Assembly (NCBI GenBank): GCA_030704615.1
Contig: CM060731.1
Coordinates: forward strand, 92,318,001-92,382,000
Length of the DNA: 64,000 nt
Reading direction: 5' to 3'
Source of the DNA: Takakia lepidozioides
Taxonomy: Eukaryota; Plantae; Bryophyta
Part shown: positions 27,109 through 38,790 of the stretch, one piece after another
How positions within the stretch are numbered: position 1 is the first letter of the stretch
Layout: every line of letters starts with the position of its first letter
Notes under the pieces: model-generated
The model's input: the letters and a program-made list of their open reading frames with translations, nothing else
What the model was told of the DNA's origin: nothing
Database searches by the model: none
Program-made: the position numbers and the translations under genes

Positions 27109-27519
27109 AATGTACTCATAAGACGTTGTTTGCCGTAGCCTTGTGGCCCTTGACCCCGCGCCCAGTTTGAGCGGAACACAAAGGGACAGAAACTAACTTT
27201 GTCAGAGGCTGACGCCGGTAGTATGACTCACCTTGAAACATGCAATTGATCCGAGTTTTCCAGATATCCTCTAGAAATCCCTTCACACAAACATCAATCT
27301 GCTGTGTGTGATTTACCCAATAACTAGACCCCAAAAGCGCCTGGGCTTTTGGCTCAGCCACGAGAGTCTCTCTGGTGAGAGTACCCAGGACAATGAATCA
27401 GAAAGTGGATATTGTCTACAGGTTGCCCACACAACGGGCACTTACAATCCCCCTTCCGGCTACCTGCCCTGAGTTCGAATTTCAGTCTAGTGCCGGGACT
27501 GGGTAAACCCTTGAGGTCA
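27109..27519 (-). mobile_element. (TC)n-associated LINE 3' fragment with internal deletions, in the probable 5' UTR intron
   Basis: Same sequence as 23198-23697, flanked by AG-rich/(AG)n tracts. Two more diverged fragments lie at ~33878-33920 and ~33966-34090. Confidence 0.85.
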
Positions 27520-28170
27520 GAGGGGAGAGAGAGAGAGAGAGAGACTGCATCCTGCGAAAGAGGTAAAACTTCAAAACCAACAAAGCTACAGGGGAACGTA
27601 TACAAATTCACAACAAAGACTCCTAAATAGAGCAAACCCAGAGTTACTGCGAATATGAGGCCCAGAGTGAACTCGTCTGCTTATGTTGTTCTTTCCACCT
27701 ACCCAAGGCTCACTTATTGAGCTCCATTGTGAGATCAATGCATCCGATACCCGCTTTGTTCTCTCTCGCTCTCACTTTCTAATTTTTTGGGGTCTCATAG
27801 GTCCTTCAGACCTCCTACCTATCACTGTCTTCATATCTATCTTCTTCTCTGTCTATACCCTTCCCCTCCCCAATCCCTTCTCTCTCTTAACCGTCACATC
27901 TGGCGCAAAAGGAGTTCCGGAGTCCGATACAATATCATGGACTAAAGTTTGAGTTAGATTGGGGGCGATCGGCAAGATTGGCGTTATAGTATCATGCGTA
28001 GCTCTGTGTCATTCAACCAGCCCAATATGAGGGTAGATAGAGACGCTTGGGTTGGACATGGAACGATTTGAAAAGCACCCAAAAGTCGAATAATATAGAC
28101 CACACATATAGACATAAAAGTGTGCAGATATCTGAAAACAGGGGGAGTAGGAAGAGAAAGCTTGATTACG

Positions 28171-28550
28171 TGTCATCCACCATGAAACGAAAAAAACCGC
28201 GAGGCGAGAGAGAGAGAGAGAGAGAGAGAAGTGGGGGAGGAGGGCGAGGGTGGGCACAATGCCTGTTCTAAGAATGGTGCTTCTTCTGCTACCTCAGCGT
28301 AGCCATTACTCAAGCTCTTGCTGCCATTGTGGACAGACATCAATGTTCAGAGAGTTTCTCTCACACACGGACACCGCCCTAAAAACCCCATCTCTACTAC
28401 TGAGCTAGAAGGCGGAGACGAGGTCAGGCTTTGTTCTTTGAGGTAGAGAGAGGGGAATGGGAAATATGTATTCTCCTTTGAGGCTACACTCACCCGCATG
28501 CTCTAGTAGAGAGAAAGGGTGGGGGGGGCGAACACGTGGGGTGACTGCCC
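28171..28550 (-). promoter_or_regulatory. Probable non-coding first exon / 5' UTR and proximal promoter of ACC1
   Basis: (CT)n-rich leader on the minus strand (28205-28229), a GTAATC donor-like site at ~28170, acceptor-like sites at ~26835-26863 upstream of the ATG, and a CACGTG G-box at ~28533. Transcription start not determinable. Confidence 0.5.
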
Positions 28551-29270
28551 TTGAGGATTACCTGGTTAGGTGAACCACACCTTCAACCCTCCACCATGTC
28601 CTCGCTTCCTCCTCACTCCGCCGCTGACCCCAGAAAGTGGACCTGTTCTTCCCAAGGTTTCGAGTTATGTCATACCATCACTCACCAACTGATGTTTATT
28701 TATCATTTTCTGCTCCACGAGGCCTTGCATTTTGTTTCATCCATGAGCCTGCATTCCATTAATCCGACTGCCCTGAACAGATCTGGGGTACTTAATCTGA
28801 CTTCCGCGTGCAAGTCACACATAATATTCAGCTGCAGCAACTTAGGACTGCCCGATCTCATTCCATAGCTGAATTTGCAGCTTGGGTAAAATACAGTTTG
28901 GTTGCAGCGTTAGTGGACTATCTTCCCGCGCCTGTTGGTGTCAAAATACTTAGCAAAACCATATCCTACCACGCGCACTCCAGCGCGGCGAAGCAGGTCA
29001 GAGCGGAAACCCCGAACCATCCCCGGGCAATGGCTGACCCACCTACGTAGCGCCGCCGGCTAGGTCACCGTTGACCGCCCGCCCGGCTGACCTTGACGGG
29101 TACACGGGCCTTTTCCGCTACGTACTCACAAGTCACTAGACTTGCAAATAGGTACCTAGTTTTCAGCATAGATACTGAAAAAATGGACCATCCACTATTG
29201 CCTAACCTAAAACCGCCCATAAACAACATTGTCTGATCAATATATGAAGCAAGACGTTTGTTTTGTTTTG

Positions 29271-31007
29271 AGCAAGTAATAAAAGGGGCCCGGGAGTTGA
29301 ATGCGCCCGGCCCGGTAAGCGTACGTGGCCCGCCGCCCACCCACAGCCGCGCCCCCTCCTCAGATCCGCGCGGTCACCGCAACGACGCCCATGCCATGGT
29401 AGGCCCCACACAGTCTAGAGACCCTTTTCCTGTATAACTAACATAAAATTTCATATGGATGCTGTTGTTGCAGCACGCAGCCCAGTGGTTCGATCACTCC
29501 TTCCTGAAAGTCGAGGTGCCAGGTCAAACCTGATCAGTTCTACAACTGATGCTTTTTGCGCTGCTACTTCAAAAAAATTCTAAGTCCGATGCCCATCTTC
29601 ACGCATAGTCACACATGTATGGAAATACATGAGTTGTGGGCCCGGTCTCAGGTTGACATACTTTCAAATCTCATGTATTATGCAAATACATGAGAAATAT
29701 ATGGACATGCATGTTCCCGGTCTTTGTAATTTTGCTACTTCAAAAAAATTGTAAGTCCCTACGAAAGTAGTTACATGGTGACTATACTTGGATGACCATC
29801 TTCGAAAATAGTCATACATGAGAAAATGTATGGTCAGGCATGAATACATGAGCTGTCTTCATGCACAAGTCTTGAATGGTATATATTATAATTATGTATG
29901 ACAAGTATATCATACTTCAAACCATGTTTTTCCATGCAGTATCAATACTTTATCTGTATGCATAAAAATCGTGAACTCACGGGTTCAATTTACAATGGAT
30001 GAGATGGTGACTATGAATCTTCATATCTATACTAATATCATTCTTTTTATTTTCAATCGTTGCAAAGTCATACATGATTTGAATGCATTGTCATATCTAT
30101 TAGCATAGTCGTACATACATGATGTCATGTCTCATTCATGCACATTTCTTGTGGCATATCTATGACAATGCATCAAACTTGTCATGTATTTTCATGCATT
30201 ATTAAAACTCTATTTCTATGCATACAAGTCATGAGGTCGTGGGTTCATATAACAATGAATGAGATGATGAGTATGAATCTTAATATCTCTACTAATAGAA
30301 TTCTTTATTCTTATTACTTGAAAAATAAAATTGCATGTGTCGTACATGGAATACATGACATCTGGTATTATTTTCATGCACAGTCACACATAAGAAATCA
30401 GTTGCATTGTCATACATACATACAGACATACGATGTGATGTGTGTCCATGCAAGACTTATGTCTGAAGACAACTGATGTATTTCCATGCATGACCATTTA
30501 TTTCTCATGTACGACTACGCAAGATGAGCATTTAAACTTGGAACTTTTTTGAAGTTGCAAAATCAAACAAAAACTCTAGTATTATCTGACATCATACACT
30601 AATTGGTACCCGAACCCGAGACCCCACATGCATGACCATGTATTTCTCATGTATTTCCATACATGTATGACTATGCGTGAAGATGGGCATCGACTCAGGA
30701 CTTAGAGTTTGTTTGAAGTAGCAGCGCAAAAAGCATCAGTTGCAAAACTGTTCAGGTTCGACCCTAGAACTTAAGCTTTCAGGTAGGAGCGTGAACACCA
30801 CTGGGCTGCGTGCTGCTATATTAGAACTAATTCGAATTTAATGTTACTTATACATAAAAAGGGACTCTAGACTGCGTGGGGCCTACCATGACATGGCGTC
30901 GTCGCGGTGACCGCGCGGATCTGAGGCGCCAGACTAGGGGGCCGGCGGCTGCGGGTGGGCGGCGGGCCACGTACACTTACCGGCCCGGGCCCCTTCTATT
31001 ACTTGCC
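29271..31007. mobile_element. Non-autonomous foldback / Mutator-like (MULE) DNA transposon, 1737 bp
   Basis: Ends (a/g)gcaagtaat...attacttgcc; imperfect inverted arms ~29271-29850 vs ~30470-31007; exact 9-bp TSD tttgttttg at 29262-29270 and 31008-31016; AT-rich CATG-laden core; no transposase. Confidence 0.9.
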
Positions 31008-31429
31008 TTTGTTTTGTATTGTTTCGTAGAGTTGAGATGTCCCAAACTGCGGGCCCCACCCTGAGTGCTTGGTACCGATGGAAAGCCCTCAATGAGGAGG
31101 GGTGGGAGATGTGATTTTTGGACTTGCAGTGTGGAAGATGTGGAATTTCAAGTACTTTGGGTCGCTGGAAATTCGGGAAAAATAGCAAAGTGGGCTCTCT
31201 TGGGATAATATTGGAGCCTCGACAGGAGAGATATCAAGGAAAAGGTCTCCGGTTCAAATCAGGTCGTAGGTTCTGTGGGAAAAAAATGATTAAACTTAGA
31301 TGACTTAGACACTTGGGCAAAGTGGGCTTTCCCGGAACAATGATTGGAACCTTGATGGGAGATATATCACTAATGATCGGATATATTACTACTCAATAAA
31401 TTCATGGAAATAAATAAATACATAGGAGA

Positions 31430-31959
31430 TTGCACTTGGGTTTAAACTTTAGATAACACTCGACACAAGTTTGGGCCTCTACGTGGGAGATGCACTTGGA
31501 TACATGAATAGAAGATTGCACTTGGGCTTAGATGGGCCTCGACATAGGAGACGCATTTGGATACATATGAAATTGCACTTGGTCCTAGATTTCAATTCTT
31601 CACACATGGGCCAGTGGCATAGGTTACACTAGAGGTTGCACTTGGGCCTCGACATAGGAGACGCACCGTGATACATACGACATTGCACTTGGTCTTACAT
31701 TTCATTCTTCACACACATGGGCCAAAGGTATAGGCTACCCTAGAGGTTGCACTTGGGCCTCAACATAGGAGACGCACTGGGATACATAAAAGATCTTACA
31801 CTCGGACTTAGATGCACTTGACACTTAGGCCCACGGCATATGCTACCCTAGAGGTCGCATTTGGGCCTCGACATAAGAGATCCACTTGGATACATTTAGG
31901 AATGCACTTGGACTTAGATGACACTGGACACTTGGGCCAACAGCACAGGCTACCCTAGT
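31430..31959. repeat. Degenerate tandem repeat, ~110-bp unit, about 4-5 copies
   Basis: Recurrent ttgcacttgggcctcgacataggagacgca...ggatacat...ggctaccctag, with internal cacttgg sub-repeats. Confidence 0.85.
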
Positions 31960-32004
31960 ATTATCTATATTCAACCGTTGCAACATACATGCAGTGCACT
32001 GTTA

Positions 32005-33549
32005 CTAAACGTTCAGAATCTTTACACCGGGACCTCTGTATTTTATGTTTATGCCGGAAAGGCCCCAAAAGTCGTGGGGGGTCGGATTAACGTCCAGTTC
32101 TCTCAGGGCCTTTGCCCCCTGATTTGATTATAAAAATTAATTTAATATATATTTTTATTTATTAATTAATTAATTAATTATATTTTATTTATTTTTATTT
32201 TTATTTTTATTTTTATATATATATATATATACCTCCAGCTCAAAGTTAAGCCCCTCCAATGGTTGATGGAACATCTTATAATAGGTAATGTCTCTGTTTC
32301 CAGGATTTGAGATCCTCAGCTGGAGGGCGGCAGCCCTTACCAAGACTTTAACTGTCTTAAAAAAATGAGGAAAATAAAGAGATTATGGACTATGCCCGGA
32401 TTTGCCGTGGCCAATTCACATAATCCATGGATGAGGGCGATTCCGTCCAATAATGTCCCTCAAATAACAAATAGAAATTTCCCTCAGGTTTTTACGTATT
32501 ACCGCTGCCGATTCTGTAGGGTAAGCCGCCAAGCAAGCCAGGGGCGAGCTGGGCGGCGCACCCTACAAGGTTGGCAGGGACGCACCTATTCCATTACATT
32601 AAGGAGTTTTGGCAACCCAAAAAATTGCAAAGCAAGACTTTGAACAAAATCATTAATGGGCAAAGTAAGGATTTATCGTTGGCGTGTGCCCCTTGCTACG
32701 AACTGTTGGAAGTCCCTTCAAGAGCCCCTCTCAGACATCCAAAGGAAGTAAGCTCCATGCATCCAATATAGCCGACGCTCCGCAGTCCAGCCCCTTCTTT
32801 GCTGACGTGGAAACTTTGCCACCACCGGCACCAAGCCGGGACGGGGCACCCTACGACTCAGGTGAAGGCGTGGCGCCACTCTTTCTTTGGGTCTCCTCCT
32901 CCATTTTCTTCCGCCGACCCTCCTCCTCTTTCCCTTGCAACTCCGCATCGGCCCTCTTCTTCAACCATTCCACCTCCTCCCTCCTGATCAAGGTGGCCTC
33001 ATCTTCCTTCCTCTTCAACTCAGCCTCCTCCTCCCTCCTCAACTCCTCTTTTACCCTCTTCCTAATCTTTTCTTCTCTTGACTCCGTCTGAACCGTGTCT
33101 GTTGCATCCTCCCTTCTTTGCGCCTTGGCATAAGCGGCCTTGGCTGCCGAACTCGGGGAAGGGATAGGGCTCACAGCTGCAAGCTGCCCCCACCTTGATC
33201 CCGAACGAAGGATGCGCCTACCTTCAAACAGATCAGGGCCCACTTTCGATGGGGGGGGTTCTCCGAAACCGGGTTAGACACCAAGCCCGAGCCCACCCCT
33301 CCGGTGCCTTGATAGAGGGGCCAGCCCCTACATCTGAAACCAGGTTTTTGGGTGGGGTGCCCTTAGGAGGCGAGCGTCAGGCATGCCCACCAAGGGGGGT
33401 GGTCAACTGAGAAGTCGCCCTAGTTGTCACACGGGGTTGGGGGTTAATGGCAAAAGGGTTAGCCGATTGTTTTGATGCAGGTGATTTCTTAGATTTTTGC
33501 CCTTCGGCTGGGTCTTTCTCTTTCCTTATACTTGTCAACAATGATGCAC
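32005..33549 (-). pseudogene. Unidentified degenerate spliced ORF, probably TE-borne
   Basis: Phase-compatible GT-AG exons 32503-32585, 32233-32351 and 32005-32118 (CVPANLVG...VKVLVRAAALQLRISNPG...ELE/GAKALRELDV...KILNV*), preceded by a Pro/charged coiled-coil exon (~32680-33549) with stops. The first junction is imperfect. Confidence 0.5.
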
Positions 33550-34171
33550 CTGTGGTACATACCTAAGATTTCATAAGTACTTGAACTAAGGGGCCAATAC
33601 ACAACCCCAAAAAAAAAAAAACAAAAAAAAACAAAAACGGCAGAAAGTACGAATGGGGGGGAGGGGAGGGAGCTTGCTGCTGTTGCTGCTCTCAGCCCCT
33701 CCCCACCATTCCAAAAAACAAAAGGTGGGGGGCGGGGGGGAGCGTTGAGAGTAGCAGTTGTTGCTCTCAGCCCCCTCCCACCATTCCAAAAAGCAAAAAA
33801 TAAAAGGTGGGCGGGGATGCTACTACTGCTCTCACCCCCCCCCCCCCCCCCCCCCCATCATTCCAAAAAAAAAAAAATCATAAGACATTGTTTGTTGTAG
33901 CTTTCTGGCCATTGACCCTTTTCTCCTACCCTGTTTTTCAAAAATTCCCTTGAAGAGAGGGAGAGAATCTGTTCATAAGACTTTGTTTGTCTTAGCCTTC
34001 TGGCCATTGAAACCACGCCAAGAACTAGCAAAACACAAAGGGACAGAAATTGCCTTTGTTAGGGGCGGACACCGGTAGTATGACTTACTTTGTTGCTGCT
34101 GCAGGGTGACGCAGCGACGCTGTCGCTCACAGCGGGCTCCGCCAGCACCAGCCGCGCCCCAAGCCAGCTCC

Positions 34172-34920
34172 ACCGATCCTAAGAATTGTTCGCCAACAGA
34201 TACGAGCATGACATTGAAAAACAATTTGTTTGTAACGGAACTCCAACCGTCCGCACATATAGTGCTTCCATATTTTTTGAGAGACTCGTCAGTTCTATCA
34301 TTGATTTTTGGGTAAGCTCTGACATGACGTCTTCTAGCAATCATGTGCGGAGATCGTGATAATGTGGAGGCACGTACGTGGATTTCAACTCCGAGATTGC
34401 TCTCACAGAAGAAACAAATGTCGGAAGCTTTGTCACATTAAACGGTATGTTGGCCTCGGAGAAAAATTGCACCTATTTTTTGTCCAATGTCTTTTTCACA
34501 AACAAGTTAAGGCCTTCGTGCATGGATTGTTGTCGTAATCCTCTACTCCGTTGAGGTGTAGGAATACAAATAGGTGTTGAAGCAAGTGTTGCTCCTGCAC
34601 AACCCACTTGTCAAAGGACACCTGAAGCCTCACAAGAGTCCCCTTGGGTACTAATCGGTGCATCCTGATGGGAAGATGGAGTGTTCTGCTCCGAGGTCGT
34701 GTCAAGATCTAGAGACATTGGAATATTATTTCCACACTGGGCAAAGTGGGTTTTTACCCGCTTAGATGCTTTAGGGCATAAACCCACCCCGGGGTTCTTC
34801 CCATTTCTTTCTCTAAAGCCGAGGTGATGCAGCATCCAATCCTTACGATAAGAAAGCTTCAGTGTACATAGCTTGCATTCCACACAATCCCTTTTGTTCG
34901 GGACTACCATATACCAAGGG
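34172..34920 (-). mobile_element. hAT-family transposase remnant (BED-like zinc finger + DUF659-type region)
   Basis: VECKLC...MLHHLG; FFSEANIPFN...YVPPHYHDLRT; KKYGSTICADGWSSVTNKLFFNVML. Contains stops and frameshifts and is truncated. Confidence 0.8.
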
Positions 34921-35214
34921 GGAATGCTAGATCGTGAGCAGTGCTCACGTGAGCGGTGGCTGGCTCAGGGTTTTTTATAAAAGGTACTGTACCTATTTCT
35001 GCGGATGGCGTCTATAACTGCTGGTCGAGGCACCTGAAGGCATGCCAGTTGACGGCCGATATTTTATCAACAACTACATCACATGGTCGAAGATAAAATC
35101 AATTACCGTGGCTATGGTGGGCCAGTGAATCTCCTCCTCCAACAATCCATGAAGGATCGTAACAGTATTGGAGGGGGTGACGTTAGGGGAGACGGAGCGT
35201 GATTGCATGTCTGG

Positions 35215-35672
35215 GCACACCACTTTCAGGGGATGTTTCTCTGTGCACAACTTCTATGCAGTCTGCCCATCCCACACACGCAATTTTTATTTTTTTATTT
35301 TTTTATTTTTTATTTTTTTCGCAGATGCCACTGAAAGTGGTGTACAGTGCCACACATCCTTTCAGGGCACGACTTCTCCGCATCTACCCATCCCACACAC
35401 ATTTTATTTTATTTTTCTTCCCGCAAATGCGATTGAAAGTGGTGTGCGGTGCCGCACACCCTTTCAGGGCACGACTTCTCTGCAGTCTGCCCATCCCACA
35501 CACGCAATTTTTATTTATTTATTCGCAGATGCCACTGAAAGTAGTGTGCGGTGCCGCACACCCTTTTAGGGCACAACTTCTCTGCAGTCTGCCCATCCCA
35601 CACACGTTTTTTTTTTTTTCGCACGCAAATGCCACTCAAAGTGGTGTGCGCTGACGCACACCACTTTCGGGG
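35215..35672. repeat. Tandem array of ~105-120-bp units (4), each with a ~33-bp hairpin and a T-rich tract
   Basis: Unit: ...gcagtctgcccatcccacacac-(T-rich)-gcaratgccactgaaagtggtgtgcggtgccgcacaccctttcaggg. Confidence 0.88.
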
Positions 35673-36255
35673 GGTTTGTTTGTATGTATACTGTGCAATG
35701 ACATCTCTACAGTGTGTCCATTCACAGGCTGCCCGCCTCTATATCCATTGCAAACCTGAAACCTGTTCACCATCGCACCCTATCCGCTTTGGATAGGCTC
35801 ATGCACTGATCCCTGCACTCTAAGCTGAGTTGCTTCTCATCTGAAAACACACAAGTGCTAACAACTAACTCGTATCTAGCACTCACAGATACGAGCTGAT
35901 CTTTCTCGAGTGATAAAGATGAAGAATACAAGCACAAGCTCATGCGAGCTCACAAAGCTGAAGCATAAACTCATGCATATATAACCTCATCACTCAAATA
36001 CAAGTCAAGCCAAGTGCACCCCACGCCATGGGGAATCCACACTACGGCGCCATAGCTAGGCGCGGTGAGGCTCAACTCGAGAAAGATGAGCCTCCCGCGC
36101 TTGTCGTGAAGATAACCACTCCAGGGCCTAAATCTGCCTTGACCCCTGGATTGACACTTGGGCCAATCCCAAATGTCAATATGTATAAGCTAGCTATTTC
36201 CTAGCTAGTTTCACACTAGTGGTGAAATAACTTGACATGATGCAAGCTTTGGGTA

Positions 36256-38790
36256 AGATGTCTTTGGCAACTACAAGAACATCCTCACGGTGGAGGCATA
36301 CAAGAAATGCGAGACAAAGAGAGCAGACACCTGGTACACACTTACCAGGGACGTTTTCCTGGACTATATGTACACGGCGAGTAATGGCGCCGAATTTCAG
36401 TTTTCAGTGCTAGCCACTCTAGGGACTTAGCCATTTTGGGAGCCCTGGACTGGAAATTTGGCGCCATTTTTCCAAGGACCAATTTTTATGCGCCACATGA
36501 GGCCTCTAACATCCTGAAATGCAAGGACTTGAAAGGAAGGCATCGCGTATGTACCTGTACAGAAGGCGCATTGCTACTTTGTCCGCGTTCGGCTGGTCGG
36601 TGAACTCGTGGCTCCGACGGGCATGGGGTATCTCCCGAAAGAATAGGTCGGTTTTGTACAGCAGAAAGTACCTCGTCACATAGTCGCGTAGGCTCTCTGC
36701 TGCAGTATCATGCATGGCAATCTTTTGGCGGGTATCCGATCAGGCTTGCGTTAACGCAAGCCTTTTTCAAATTCTTCTGATGGCCTTGCATTTTGCTTGT
36801 TCTGAGCTGAAAACTAACTGTATTATGCGATGTGACTTGGGGTTGGGCAGCATGATATTGTAGAGGCTGGGGAGCGAGCCAAGGCAGAGTACTATGCCAA
36901 AAACTCCGACATGAAACGCACCGCAGCAGGCGTGGAGACGGCCATGAATGAAGAAAATATGTCGCACGAACCTTGTCACAACATTCACCAAACAGCTATG
37001 CATAGCTGACCCTGGTCTTGGTGCTAGATGCCTGGAGCAGGTTCGGATCCATTGAAGCAAAATAAGCAGGCCTGAAATGACTCGGGGGAAGCTCCACAGG
37101 CTTGCAATGGCAATGGTGGAACCGCAGCATAAGGTGCGGTGGCTTGAAATCTGGAACTCTGACCCTATCCTCCGATCGGCAAACAAATTTCCTTTCGTGG
37201 AGAAGAACAACAAGGTTGGAGTCATCACTCCATTCAGTGATGTCGAATGGGATGCGTGGCTCCACAAATCGATATTTTGGTGCCAGGTACGGTGGTCTTT
37301 CAGCCATTGCCTTCACTCAACTTGTTTTGAAAATGCATTTGTTTGCGAATAAATTTTCATACAAGCATGTGCCATGGCAGCTTGAGGAAAGGCCAAAGTC
37401 ATGGGGCAAACTCTGTCGGACTTCAAGATCGTGGTCGCAGAGCCCGACGAGTCATTCTCCACTTTCATTCGGAGGTGGAAAGGGATTGTTTGGAAGTACG
37501 CCTTCATTCGGGAGTTTGCAATACCAGGGGGAATTCTCCGCTCCAACCTGTTCAGTGCACAGTACAATGGAGAGCAGGCAATTAAACGAGTCATCTATAG
37601 GTTCGTATGGAGCTGCATTCCCTTTTGCATTTTCTTTTTGTCGGGTTCCATTACTGTCTCTGGTCAGGCTTGCGTTAACACAAACCTGTTTACTATGTTA
37701 TGGCCAACGTTCCTCTGCCTTCCAACAGGTTCTTCTCCTGGTGGAGATCTAGGTAAGCAAGGGAATATTTTGTTCTTCTTCTGGTTTTCCAGTATATAGT
37801 AGAATGGGTTGTTCTGATGCCTGCAGTCAGGCTTGTGTCAACGCAAGCCTGTACAGAGGGAGGAGGGACTTGGGTGGTTGGGTAGACACAATGGCAATGA
37901 GTGAAGGGAGGGGGTGTATGTGTTGGCCTGAGTTCAGGCTTGCGTTAACGCAAGCCTGAACAAGATTGTCATTCCACCACACGGAATCACTCTAGTCCAC
38001 TGGCCTTTCAAAGCTGCCAGACTACACCTGGATTGTCTTGTCTTCCGGTCCCTGTTTATATGGCTTCACATCATTCTATTCTTCATTTATTGCAGGTACA
38101 TCTACACTGTGATGATTCTCAGTTGTCATCTTAGCTCCTATCCATTCTTCATCGATGGGTGGGCAAAGACTGCGCTAGAGACAACCATGTACACATTAGG
38201 TATTCTTGAAGACTAGAGCAGATCGCACTTGAAGGATTGCGGGTGGTATCTGGATTGCCCGAAAGAATCCACACCGTGGGAGGATAACATCATTCGTAAC
38301 CTGAATGATAACGCCGAGGCTCTGGCTCCTCTGTCGGATAGACAGCTGATGTTGAGAGATCTCCGGGCTTTGAAAGCAAAAAAATCAGTGCCCGATCCGA
38401 GCCCGAAGAAAAAGGAGAGAGAAAAATGCTAAGGAGAAATATAAGGGCACCGCCCAGGGGGAAGCAGCTCAGAAGTCTCAAGGGGGATTGAAGGGGCTGA
38501 AGCTGTCTGAGCGGCCATACAAGGCCCTCCCTCACCCCGACAGAGTGGTTGGTCCTCAGTTTCAACACAAAACTATGAACGAGGGCTTCCTGGACATGAT
38601 GGTGTCTTGGAGGAAAGGAGCTGGCGTGGAGAAGTCCCCTACCTGGGAGACACTGTCCTCATTCCTCACTCTGGTATTTCATTTCAGGCTATTACCATCT
38701 TTCTTTTCAAACATTTCTCTTTTATGTGTGCAAGTCTTCTCAGTGGGAATGATTTCATTGTTCGATGTGTAGGCTGCAAAAGGGCCATCC
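36256..38790 (+). pseudogene. Unidentified multi-exon degenerate gene, probably TE-borne
   Basis: Phase-compatible GT-AG introns 36732-36863, 37601-37728 and 37753-38095, with a 24-nt micro-exon 37729-37752 (RVIYR/FFSWWRSR/YIYTVMIL). Scattered TAG/TGA stops; no recognisable domain. Confidence 0.55.

Noticed and set aside
35215-35672. Palindromic repeats with spacers resembling a CRISPR array (also 31430-31959 and 36741-37961)
   Set aside because: Spacers are repeated rather than unique, or spacing is irregular; no cas genes; eukaryotic intron-rich context.
35764-36229. Possible solo LTR or structured RNA (starts TGTTCACCA, several small hairpins at 36040-36210)
   Set aside because: No CA end with a matching TSD and no second copy in the window; cannot be supported.
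36268-36282. actacaagaa as a CACTA terminal inverted repeat
   Set aside because: Lacks the initial CAC context, lies in an apparent exon, and has no partner end or 3-bp TSD.
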